64,000 nucleotides of DNA from Diplonema japonicum. Its lineage: Eukaryota; Protista; Euglenozoa: Diplonemea. Made by a program: the position numbers and the translations under genes. Of the stretch, positions 12,201 through 20,377 are shown piece after piece. The DNA is taken from NCBI GenBank assembly GCA_964019335.1, contig OZ025713.1:248001-312000 (forward strand). Reading direction: 5' to 3'. Under the pieces are notes generated by a model. That model made no database searches. It had not been told where the DNA came from and saw only the letters and a list, made by a program, of their open reading frames with translations. Position 1 is the first letter of the stretch, and the number at the start of each line of letters is the position of its first letter.

Positions 12201-15200
12201 CCTCTTTCTTCTGTGGCAGCTTCGGCAGCTTACCGGCAAAATCTGGTTTCGCACACAGTATCTTCTCCAACGACATGAGCCAGCTCAAGTTGATATTCAG
12301 ATTGATGACGCCCGAGTTGTAGAACATCAGTCTCGTCAGCAGAGATCCCAGCACGATCGGATTACTGTGGTCGCTTTCTACCACACCCGGGCTTTTCGTT
12401 CCTGTGAATATCTCATAAACGTACAAGGCGCTTATTCCCGTGGGGCTCCTGACAGCATTGTCTAGACTCACGAGAGACTCTTTCCCCACCCTTGACTCCA
12501 TGTCTTCTGTGTAAGCCAGGCTCGAGAAACTCACCAACGTGCTTTTTACCTCCGTGGGCCCTTTGCAGTCGTAGTGATCGTCTTGCGACGGGGCGTGCGG
12601 AACAGTCATGGTTACCTCCACACTGCTCTGTTTTACTTTCATGGCTTTCAACGCCTTCTCCCTGTTGCATAGCCTTTCGGACTTCTCCGGTACGTTCAGG
12701 AAGTGCAGCTCCTCATCTACGGTCAGAAGCAGCTCGCAGGTGACCCCTTGGCGCTTCATCACGTACTTCTCGAGCTCCTCGAGCAAGTCCCAGTCCAGCT
12801 CCGCAAACACTTGTGGGTTGCACACCTCCGCGATAGATATAGTCAGCTTCAGCCTGCACGCAACAGCATCTGGGGTGTCCATGTCCTCTGTCAGGGTGGT
12901 CACAACTCTCCGCAGCTGCATGGTATCCTCCTCATAGGTCACCTCCCCCAGCCTGGAAGCCATTTCGGCCACCAGCGTGTAGTTCCTCCTCAGAGTGAGG
13001 CACAGCATGAGATACAGGGTCGACGACGTCGTTGGCGTCTTCAAGAACGTGTGGCTGTGGTGAACCGGGTAGAAGTGGTGCCGCGCCCCTGACGACAGTT
13101 TCTCCACAAGCTCCGGTTCCGCCCTTCTGAATACCACCTGGATGGGCATTCTGCGGTCGACCCACGACAGCGCCTTGTCCACCGGCAAGGCCGCGGTGCT
13201 GGGCCTCAACGGCTCCGCAATCTTCGACGCGACCACAGCGAGCTCGCCGTTTTCCTTCTCCAGCAGCACGGTCCCACCGCCAAACTGTTCAAGGAGGGTT
13301 GCAGTTGAGGAGTCAACGGAGCTGGTGTTCAGGTAGTACCCTGCGTGCTGGTCGCAGTACAGTCTCTCGGATCTGGCCGTGAAGGAGAGGCGGAGGCGGG
13401 GGAGCTCGACCTTCGCCACCTCTTCGCCGTCCTCCTCAGTCGTGCACCACACCAAGATGTGGGAGAGGTTCTCAAGCCTAGTGAACTGCTGCACAAGGTC
13501 GACGGCTGTCGAGGTGGCGTCCATGAGGTTCATGAGGCTCCAGGTTACCTCCGCCCCGTCCATCGTCACGTGTGTTCTGAAGACTTCGGCGAACGGGCAC
13601 TTACTCAGGTTCACCTGGATTCGTGTCCCGTCTGTTTTGCTGAGCGGCTCACCTGTGATGTTGCTGCAGTCGTCGCTACTGTCGTTGTCGTCAGCAGATT
13701 GGTACATGCGGTACTGGTCCAGGAGGGCATCCGGAATCAAACCCTGCAACAGCCTTCTGGGAAGGTACATCATCCTCATCCTCCCCGACACATCGAAGAT
13801 CTGCAGGCTGGTGTCGGTTTGGAAGACGTCTTCCAAGGAACCTGCGCAAAGCGTCCACTCCTTGTCGTACCTGTAGTACCCCTGTCTGCACGAAGAGGTG
13901 GACTTATGGGGCGCGTGGTACGACATCACGGAGTCCGTAGTGAAGATCTGGCTCTTGTAGTACCTCCTCCCGCACGACACAACCTGGAACACATGCGTCA
14001 CGGGCGGGTTCTGTTTCACCACCACGTTGATAGCGTACTCCTTGTCGTCAACCTTCTTCACCCCTCCTAAGGAACAGCTGTTTTCCGTGTGCGACAGGTA
14101 CCGCAGGCTCATCGACATCAGCTCCATCAAGCCGCCAGTTTGGATCTCGCTGTTGATGCGGGTCTTCGCCCACACCGGACAGCCTTTTTCCCAGCTTAAG
14201 CTTAAGGAGACGCAGCCAAGCGCTTTTCGCAGAGCTTGTTCGTGCGGCTTCCTCGAACTGTCCTGCTGCCACAGGTGAATGTTGTACTCGCCCTCATCGG
14301 TTCCCAGAAGGCGGACCTTAGTACGGAACTCCGACTTCCCCAAGGCCGCACAGCGCATCCTTCCCTTCCCGAACATGTTCTCAAAGTCCGTGTCTTGCTG
14401 GATCTCGTCGGGGATCTTCCCCACGTCGTCCTTGTTCTGCGAACACGTCCCGTTGTTCAGGTTGATAAAGAGGTTGTCGGACGTGCTTGTTATGCGGCGC
14501 AACCACGCAGCGTAGTTTTCCCCTTCCAAGGCTTTCGCCTTTACGTCGGCCAGAGCCTTCATCTCCCTGTCAGAGCCTTCCTCCTCTTGGGCGAAGTCGT
14601 GGTAGACCCCCTGCATGGAGTGTACCTCCTTCCAACTTGGCAGCTGCGACCAGTCCACATCTGACTCATTCTCCGGCCGCGTGCTCGTTGCAGCCCACTT
14701 CCCGGATGTGAGCGCCTTCTTCCTCGTCGTTTCATCGTCCATCGCTCGGTGCAGCGGCCTCCTCATTGTCTCGAAGACGTCGCATAGCTCTACCTCCGCG
14801 ATCCCGATGTCGCTCGCGCCCCACATATGGTAGGTCGTGATGTACAGCTTCGCCGCCACAATCGCCTGCGCCACCCACGGCCTCTCTCTGAAGCTCTCAT
14901 CCGTGTTCCCCTGGAAGATCAGGGCAATGTGTGCGTGGAGCTTGCAAGCTGCCTCTACCGTCCTCTGCTTCTCCGCCTGGCGCACCCACTGCTGCAGCCT
15001 GATGTAGCAGCGATCCTCGAGTTCCTCGACCAGGGCTTTCAGCCCTTCCTCCAGCTTCTGGCAATGGGTGGGGGATGACAAGTACGCCTTTTGCAAACCT
15101 CGCACCATTCGGGAGACGTCCTCTGTTTCCTCTGCCTTCAGTGCGGCAACAAGGTACCTTAGGTACCGTACCACCCTGCACACCAACCTGATGACGTACA

Positions 15201-18200
15201 GGATCACATCGGTGCTGGTGCTGCTGAATCTCGCGGTACACTTCTCTTGTGCGATGGTCAGGAGCTGGAGGCACGCTCGCAAGGGGATCTCGGGCGACTT
15301 GCACAGCTCGTCGAAGAGGAGCCCCGACGGCGTCCGCAGGTGGTCGCGGGTTTCCGCAGGGATCACCTTGGGGAGTTCCCTTTCCGTGGGGGGCGCCCAG
15401 GTGCCGGGTTCGAACAGCGCGGCGTCAAGCACATTTTGCAGTGCCTTGCTTGAGAGGCACTGCAGACGCTCGTGGCACCCGAACCATGTCAACAGCAGGA
15501 GAATGCGGATGTTGGGTGCGGTTAGGTACGAGAGAAGCTGCTCGCTGTCCTGCTTCCCGAGCATGTTGCCAAAGGTCGGAGGGTGCTCCACGTACAGCAC
15601 ATCTTCCTCGGTCTTGACGTCCACGTTGTCGGTCAGCATTGCAGGGGACGCGTGCGAGATGTCTCTTTTCGCTCCTGTTTTCCCCATAAACACCTCCCTG
15701 ATCGTCCCGAACAGCTTCTTCGCCTTCTTCGCGATTCCGCCGGCTTTCGGGGGGCACTTGGCGCCGTTCAACTTCCAACCCCGGAATCCCGTTGCAGTGA
15801 GTGTGTCGTGCTGGCCTGACATAAGCCGCCCGTTCGCTTCACGGTTCCCTGTCTCGTACGTCCATTGCAAGTTCACGTCGGACGCCTTGTAGGGCCGGTT
15901 GGGGTCGCACGGCGGGAGGGAATCGGCTATTTCGGTGAGCATGAGGTTCATGAGGAAGGTGGCGTCGCGCAGCATCACCACCTCGGGGCACACCTCAATC
16001 AGCCACGGGTCCAAACCGGTCAGCGCCGCAGGGACGTTCACATTGTCGTCCCCGCGACCGCAAGCCAGCGACAGCTGGGTAACGAACTCTTCCTCGGAGG
16101 TGCCGACCCGCATCTCGTCGAGCTTGAACAGCACATTGGACTCAGGAACCCCCCTTGACGTCCACGTCCAGTAGTCCAGCACCCGCGTCCTCGCAGCCGC
16201 GAGCTCCGGCGAGTACAAAACGATGTCCTGCGTCTTCACTGCGAAGTCCACAGTGCAAGGCACATACTTTGCTATTGGTGCCTGGTGAGCCGACCCCGGG
16301 AAGCACGCCATCTCCCCGCTGTAGTGCTGAGAGAAGACAGTCTCCCTGTCGGGAATGCAGTCCGTCGGCTTTGCCCTGCACAGGTAGTCCATCAGCACCA
16401 GGATCACGTTCGACACTATTATACGCAACCCGTCCAGTTCCCTGCCAGCGAGGCTGAACGCGACCGCTGCAAAGCACTTTGCCAGCAGGTCCAGCTGGCG
16501 CAGCAGCATCTGTTGAGTCGAGTACGTCAGCACATCGGGGCGCCAGAAGCTGCAAAAAGCCTGCGTGTTGTCGCCGCTCGATTCGACGTTGTTCGGGAAT
16601 GGTATGACCCGCAGGAAGACGTGCTGCAGCAGGGCAAGGCTCAGGTGTACCTGGTTGGGGATCTGCTTGTGCTGAGAAGAGTACAGGTTCACGGCGGTCA
16701 GAGTCTCCTTTAACACATGGACGCAGTCCTCAGGGGACCCCACCGTCTCCTTGATCCGTACTGTGTTGATGGGAAGCAATATCCTGGGCTTTTCGTTCTT
16801 TCCCGCCGCATCTTCGAGGTCGTACTGGTTCCTGTTCAGGGTGTCAAAGTCGTGATGCACACAGGACCCCTTCTCTAGAAGCAGGGAATTTGTCCCGCAC
16901 GACGGAGGTGGGAGCACGGAAGCCGCTTGCGCTGCCGCAGTCACTGGCTTCATATTGATCTTGGCCTCCTCTATGGTGTCGAGGATGGCGAGGAGCTGCT
17001 TCTTCCGACTCGCGTCCCTTTCAGCGCACTCGTTGAGCTTCTTTGCGACCTGCCTTCCCGCCAGTCTTGCAGTGTACAGCTCAGAGGACGTGGAAAGCTT
17101 CGACACCGCCGTCTGAAGGACGGACAGCCGCACAGCCACCTCCAACCCCTTCCCTCTTTCGTCGCCGCAAGACATCGCGGTCGACCAGCGCAAGGCGGCA
17201 ACAGTGGTTAGAACGTAGGACCGGTCGCCACCGATGGGCAGGCGCTGCCACCACGTGTGGTTCCCTGAGAAACGGTGGCAGGGGTGGGCTCGTGTCATGG
17301 CGGGGACGAGGTACTCGTACAGATAGTTCACCCCCTTGGAACCATAGGACTTGTTGAAGAAAGGAAGCCCCACAAAATACCACAGCCAAGATGAGGTCAG
17401 AATGGGGGAGCTGACGAGGTGCGGGGGTGCGTACGGCATGCGGTGCATGGGTTCCGAGGCGTCTTCGGACGCACCGTCGATGAAGCCTTCGTGGTACTTC
17501 TTCACCCCTTCAGACATGTTCACAACGGCAAGCTGGAAGTAGTCACGGCTGACTTTGTACAGGACGAGGAATGCCATGTGCGCCTCGTCGTCAGCCGAGA
17601 CCTGCTTGGGCTGCTTACCCCTCCAGAAGACGGGTACGAGGAAGGATTCCCCTGTGGGGAGCTGGCTAATCTCAAATTGAAGAAAAAAGATTGCCTCGAA
17701 TAAATTGCTGTGAAAGTCTGCTGTATCAGCACGGGAAGCTGCCATAAGCAAGTCTAAATATTTAATGGGGATTCTGAGTATCGAGCTAGCTTTGGTTAGG
17801 TCATCCCCAGAGGGGGATGCGCTAGTAGCAGACCTCAGATGTTCAAGAGTTGAGCGAACACGAGAAAGAATCCCAAGGGATTCCTGAAAAATATTTTGAT
17901 ACTCCGAGTCTGAGTGCGTGGTTTTCTTTGGCGGCACGTTCGTCACGCAGTAAGCAAGGAATTCCTCCCTCGTCTGTCTAGCCGGGATGCTGCTGTCTAA
18001 TAACAGGTCCTGACACATCGGCTGGTGCAGCAATGAAAACGTTGTTTCTGGCGCTACAAGAAACCCCTTCTCCGCCTTCTTCTCTCCGCCACTTACCTTG
18101 TACTCCGGCTCAGTGACGGCCACCACAACTGTTTCTTTTTTTTCTCGCTTTCCCATACACACGCTGCATATGTTGTTCCTATTCCTGCACTTCGCGCAGA

Positions 18201-18270
18201 AGTCATTTCCGCAATCCGCACAGTTCTTTGTGCTCGCAATGCCCCCCACGTTGCAGTTGTAGCAAACCAT
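6280..18270 (-). CDS. Giant DUF3638/DUF3645-type protein: N-terminal Cys-rich Zn finger, SF2 helicase-like ATPase core, EF-hand-like motifs, C-terminal Vps62/DUF946-like segment
   Basis: 3996-aa uninterrupted ORF; CxxC pairs at the N-terminus; QMIMGQGKTT, LLDEVD, LLAVPFVGKDTPSQNSEFQHP, FSGT, LIDTGA, TTGMDI, QGAYRMR; DQKGNGTLTQDD; WEPLPPNEDFVAGGVVAT...P...VRCVP. Confidence 0.85.
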   Translation of the reverse strand: MVCYNCNVGGIASTKNCADCGNDFCAKCRNRNNICSVCMGKREKKETVVVAVTEPEYKVSGGEKKAEKGFLVAPETTFSLLHQPMCQDLLLDSSIPARQTREEFLAYCVTNVPPKKTTHSDSEYQNIFQESLGILSRVRSTLEHLRSATSASPSGDDLTKASSILRIPIKYLDLLMAASRADTADFHSNLFEAIFFLQFEISQLPTGESFLVPVFWRGKQPKQVSADDEAHMAFLVLYKVSRDYFQLAVVNMSEGVKKYHEGFIDGASEDASEPMHRMPYAPPHLVSSPILTSSWLWYFVGLPFFNKSYGSKGVNYLYEYLVPAMTRAHPCHRFSGNHTWWQRLPIGGDRSYVLTTVAALRWSTAMSCGDERGKGLEVAVRLSVLQTAVSKLSTSSELYTARLAGRQVAKKLNECAERDASRKKQLLAILDTIEEAKINMKPVTAAAQAASVLPPPSCGTNSLLLEKGSCVHHDFDTLNRNQYDLEDAAGKNEKPRILLPINTVRIKETVGSPEDCVHVLKETLTAVNLYSSQHKQIPNQVHLSLALLQHVFLRVIPFPNNVESSGDNTQAFCSFWRPDVLTYSTQQMLLRQLDLLAKCFAAVAFSLAGRELDGLRIIVSNVILVLMDYLCRAKPTDCIPDRETVFSQHYSGEMACFPGSAHQAPIAKYVPCTVDFAVKTQDIVLYSPELAAARTRVLDYWTWTSRGVPESNVLFKLDEMRVGTSEEEFVTQLSLACGRGDDNVNVPAALTGLDPWLIEVCPEVVMLRDATFLMNLMLTEIADSLPPCDPNRPYKASDVNLQWTYETGNREANGRLMSGQHDTLTATGFRGWKLNGAKCPPKAGGIAKKAKKLFGTIREVFMGKTGAKRDISHASPAMLTDNVDVKTEEDVLYVEHPPTFGNMLGKQDSEQLLSYLTAPNIRILLLLTWFGCHERLQCLSSKALQNVLDAALFEPGTWAPPTERELPKVIPAETRDHLRTPSGLLFDELCKSPEIPLRACLQLLTIAQEKCTARFSSTSTDVILYVIRLVCRVVRYLRYLVAALKAEETEDVSRMVRGLQKAYLSSPTHCQKLEEGLKALVEELEDRCYIRLQQWVRQAEKQRTVEAACKLHAHIALIFQGNTDESFRERPWVAQAIVAAKLYITTYHMWGASDIGIAEVELCDVFETMRRPLHRAMDDETTRKKALTSGKWAATSTRPENESDVDWSQLPSWKEVHSMQGVYHDFAQEEEGSDREMKALADVKAKALEGENYAAWLRRITSTSDNLFINLNNGTCSQNKDDVGKIPDEIQQDTDFENMFGKGRMRCAALGKSEFRTKVRLLGTDEGEYNIHLWQQDSSRKPHEQALRKALGCVSLSLSWEKGCPVWAKTRINSEIQTGGLMELMSMSLRYLSHTENSCSLGGVKKVDDKEYAINVVVKQNPPVTHVFQVVSCGRRYYKSQIFTTDSVMSYHAPHKSTSSCRQGYYRYDKEWTLCAGSLEDVFQTDTSLQIFDVSGRMRMMYLPRRLLQGLIPDALLDQYRMYQSADDNDSSDDCSNITGEPLSKTDGTRIQVNLSKCPFAEVFRTHVTMDGAEVTWSLMNLMDATSTAVDLVQQFTRLENLSHILVWCTTEEDGEEVAKVELPRLRLSFTARSERLYCDQHAGYYLNTSSVDSSTATLLEQFGGGTVLLEKENGELAVVASKIAEPLRPSTAALPVDKALSWVDRRMPIQVVFRRAEPELVEKLSSGARHHFYPVHHSHTFLKTPTTSSTLYLMLCLTLRRNYTLVAEMASRLGEVTYEEDTMQLRRVVTTLTEDMDTPDAVACRLKLTISIAEVCNPQVFAELDWDLLEELEKYVMKRQGVTCELLLTVDEELHFLNVPEKSERLCNREKALKAMKVKQSSVEVTMTVPHAPSQDDHYDCKGPTEVKSTLVSFSSLAYTEDMESRVGKESLVSLDNAVRSPTGISALYVYEIFTGTKSPGVVESDHSNPIVLGSLLTRLMFYNSGVINLNINLSWLMSLEKILCAKPDFAGKLPKLPQKKEEKENEAHKKEGGPASWLPNFGLASQAAPERASVMKHAIEMHNDEIRNNNNNKKEPNLSHSTKKLRLQDFADLQDVVDTAFHTFRNAKTMEGMDKVITWKVLPKITDTSAARHVLRDCPDIQKPLRLLDEHVGEKQESLNHEVDTFQKHAREVVGAERIVKSIDERKGQERSEPFLRTISNAALNEIEETLKELKTKDEAEIKNLEARIIEKVNPREELIARIAGTKPHLGMSKIARLYLSEEDHIDQEVKKEAAQWLYHQSRVGHVRSCLISLDALRDAVRKGGNGHLMGANLARQVKAARHHVKEEYDGRLLSVNPRYMVFEFMSNILLRESQVKLMETIQESRPMVYQMIMGQGKTTVLTPLLTLLKGDCVNGKSRLVVVCIPKALVEFSKSVLLDSFSSPVMPKAVLSFDFQRTSVITQNLVDKLDRAVDAKSVMVIHPAALKSLLLKYVLLFERLDFDARVHADHAAHKETFSMTRKVHTYFASTIQGTKEVGMAARQCSDIETELRCGAKVLEVLQMRSEMLLDEVDMVLHPLRSELNWPMGDKHPIDLTVSRSEADRKYEGMRYKMPWYLFGLVFAYKNNDRHELSELPSAQQIYMKLKKALKDGMEAGKLQSTPHLAILDRRYYDSALLPHIIASLSQWVKNYVTGVTLEEIIQYIRDGVGELKPTGGDSDSKMLNLAHEWARTFLPHCLSKVHRVGFGILRSEELEKALEEEPCMSRSRQLLAVPFVGKDTPSQNSEFQHPEIAIGLTIHSMLQEGLRDRDLLAVLNTLKARYEEDERKPAQTREAAMTYVSWLKQECVCVKGYSWDGEYLAGKRNNTQPRKIEGETAEENLQRSEMWQLAVVELNDAYQMKVLMKYLQNSWEAMRFFLFECAFSEVLTKTIKQLSASGQELASDLMSSRRVGFSGTPNDLLPDGMGECVYAEGDDGEMVNTLASSLVVTVTKVTRDPKELLKKVATDPSCSALIDTGALITGLSNREVAFSLFDFGLTKRGVVYLDCDDRRMVLLKSSGGRYRDLPLKQSGLPLADRFTFYDHIHTTGMDIPQSPSSKACLTISQNMVFRDYAQGAYRMRGIGKGQTLEVFLPEDVSQLIPAVFDSGCDRMDLLMWLLKNGIASEKAQRSLLAKQLLAHLWKEKAFRKLGMEAAVEERKPAVRLLQESVTVDLSNQLKRPGSEQERLKTELKRIRGCNDALIMLGDAEGVRADEIVASAGICEESTATGVDRTQVSEAEAEQTQQQQTVRHAENEMDEDAENEEETEAVPEMADQLQYIRSGPPIHRWRIETLKEASGDQFHPLCKFPLERETLSFPPFLLSSKNFILKQSFFTTEPKRLKNVSTYLEWIPVPDTLNTMDDLSMGADRQTELKNTFKLYTTNRKDAITKNALESLLLKMELKVAAEAIMELEDMVTFSEFAKLVSSMKNLRLMKNRYMVALSLEEAEHIRALMLTDAMRDIPIALHVLHVRACLETSIVQTTKAYDAFKKQKMQGIDENHERAAEACFKFFDCQGNQKTPDMLWVLRLLKDDPITRRRTFYVSNKSMRRRPKVPWAQQPVAMVLTEEAEYSMLQVNSVISKFKMAMLVNGDLEDPNALFDALDQKGNGTLTQDDVMAGVRWLGLSRGHNDAWAKSVSKVFQQLTKSNKQDSVLTRELVKKHFAITPEEKRELLEMVGKGCTMYKTGAAPKPVSGAQKEQTTTVEPMKNIPDLISSNRRFRIDAVFASYNEKWNSTGTACDACTSVWSANLDTGSLTAKNARLLRFGDYVRPSLNEPTRTDKCVNLASQNLQKMVSLPCKVWQITDDSSYWFAKNKEIDAWIAPRFPHPTGYSLCWQLQTANPLFLWEPLPPNEDFVAGGVVATTTPTPPPLDYVRCVPKNWCRGSAEDPSTARLVIWKELSRSASPVQISADPALGLCWKADIRDTISVKTVLQGMRPMPGKCGLVHSAHSNFPDGRRMFSDTTVAMPPAEGKQ

Positions 18271-18832
18271 TTCTTCTTAAGATATGACAAACAAAAAAGA
18301 AGTAGTGGAGATGCTTCCCTGTGTTGCGGATAAATGTTTAACGGGGGGAAAAAAAAGAATAGGGGGAAAAAAAAAAAGAAGGGAGGGAAAGTCCTTTCAC
18401 CAACTAAAGGGGTGAGAGGGAGGGGTGCACGCCTGACCGTGCGGGGTGGCCGTCATAGTACAAGGCAACTCCTTGTCAAATTTCCGTCTCACGATTCGGT
18501 TCGCAAGCAGAGAAGAGAAACATCAGAAAACACGAATTTATCGCCGGGGGGGGGGGGGGGGGGGGTATGGTAGTCCTTTAATCCCGTTAGGAACGGAAAC
18601 ATTCAAAAAAAAAAAAATACACATTTTCTAAACACACATTTTCTTTTTCGCTCCCTTCTGAAAGAGGCGACCCACCATCAACATCCCAGCTTTTGAGGGG
18701 GGGCATGGTAGTTAGGGTCAAACACCACATTACAAGGAAAGGGCACTGCGCAACGCCCCCCTTTCAAAAAAAAAAACACACACACACACACTTCACTCTT
18801 TTTTTTTTTTTTTTTCCTTCTTTTTCCTTCTT

Positions 18833-19654
18833 TCAAGAACACGGCTGGGGAGACTCGCCTCTGTCCCCTGCCTGAAGGGGTGCGTACTCAGCATTGATAG
18901 TGGTCGGGTCAACACCCATACGAACGTGAAGGGGCTTCGCGACCCTCTTGCTACGGAGATGTTGTGCGACAAGAAGAGTAACAAGGAACACCGAGAGCGC
19001 GGCAAAAATCCACATAAGAACCTTTGTGGTATTGGGAGAAGAGGTTTCTCCTTCTGGTGACGAAGTCGGCTCCGCGGTAACCGGTGCTGCGGTAGTGCCC
19101 GGCGCAGCAGTGATACTTTTCTCCGAAACGCATGTGAAACCATCTGCAAGAACACCGTCCCACGGTGCAACAACACACCCTGAACTAGTTCCCAAAAGCT
19201 TTGTGGATCTGCTTGCACCGTACGCTACACTGTCAGGCGACATCAGAACTCGGCAAATATGATCCTTGCAACTAGATAAAGTGCTTGCATCGACTAGGTT
19301 CCCACATGGCCGGTGTCCGTCAAGAAGCCTGCACACAGAAGGCGGAGGTATGGGTGTTGGGATGGGCTCGCATATCACAGTGTTTACCACCGACCCATCC
19401 CATTCATCTATGCGACACCCGAACCCAGACCCTAGCAGTTTGAAACCTTGATCCATGCCGTGTGCGAAGTCGTAAGGCCCCATGAGGTCTGTACATATAG
19501 TGTCGCTGCAGTTTGTCATTAGTTCCAACCCTGCTGGCTCCCATCCACCAGGGCACTCTGTCGCAGCGGATGTGAGGACACCGCATGATAGCTCGGCATC
19601 TGCATATCGAGCGCTTGCAAGAGTCACAATGACAGAGAGGGGCAGTATTTTCAT
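18833..19654 (-). CDS. Type I membrane/surface protein with two Cys-rich repeats
   Basis: Signal peptide; two related repeats (C..IC..LM.P...G...KLLG...GC....WDG....C); S/T/P stalk; single TM; short tail. Confidence 0.8.
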   Translation of the reverse strand: MKILPLSVIVTLASARYADAELSCGVLTSAATECPGGWEPAGLELMTNCSDTICTDLMGPYDFAHGMDQGFKLLGSGFGCRIDEWDGSVVNTVICEPIPTPIPPPSVCRLLDGHRPCGNLVDASTLSSCKDHICRVLMSPDSVAYGASRSTKLLGTSSGCVVAPWDGVLADGFTCVSEKSITAAPGTTAAPVTAEPTSSPEGETSSPNTTKVLMWIFAALSVFLVTLLVAQHLRSKRVAKPLHVRMGVDPTTINAEYAPLQAGDRGESPQPCS

Positions 19655-20196
19655 TCTTGATCCTCCCCTCCCCCCTTTTTTTTATTTTATTTTTATTTCT
19701 CCCCCCCCTGTCATTTCCTTTGAACTTTATTGATTTTCTCATGTTTTCTTTAGAACTTTACTTTAGATATTTATCTTGCGCAAAAGTTAGGCCTCAGCAA
19801 TCCTGAGGTTTATGCGTCGCACGCGTTTCCTCGAAGCTTTGCTGCTGAGGCTTCGGCCTCAGTGCGACGGCAAAGCGAGGGCATGGCGAGACGGTACATC
19901 GAGCAGCCCACTCAAGCTCTGAACGATATGACTTCAAGGGCTCAAGCAGTGGACGCTACTCAACCACAAATACCCAAGTACACGAAGTTCGTGTTTACAC
20001 AATTACCAAACAATAGCAATCTTGATGAATTGATTTTTTTGACGCAAAATTATTTTTAATTCTCTTCAGCCTCACAAATCTCCAGGTATTTCAGCTATCT
20101 CGTCCCGGTCGTCGTCTTTCCAAGGATACGGTCTTACAACATGCACCGTCCTCTCCGCTGCTTTGAAATGATATTGCAATTGGGAATAAGAAAAAA

Positions 20197-20275
20197 TATA
20201 TATGAGTTAAAGGCAGTCTTTGTGAGACGCCCCGTTGTTCTCATCTTCTACCTGCACCTATCCCCTTTCAGCAGC
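20197..20275 (-). mobile_element. LINE 3'-terminal stub
   Basis: Near-identical to 28421-28500. Confidence 0.7.
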
Positions 20276-20377
20276 GGAAAAAAGCGAAAAAAGCAAAAAA
20301 AAAACAGATGAAGAGGGATAAATCAGGCCCTACCTATTATACCCTCACTTGAAGAAAAGAAAAAAAGCCTATCCTTG

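Noticed and set aside
6287-18290. Many plus-strand ORFs of 100-290 aa overlapping the giant gene, the receptor genes and the LINE
   Set aside because: Antisense shadows of GC-rich coding sequence with no motifs; they recur only because the sense genes are duplicated
19810-19895. HDV-like ribozyme reading (also tried at 38330-38379 and 51740-51770)
   Set aside because: A P1 and TCCTCG-like words are present, but P2/P3 nesting and J4/2 could not be built
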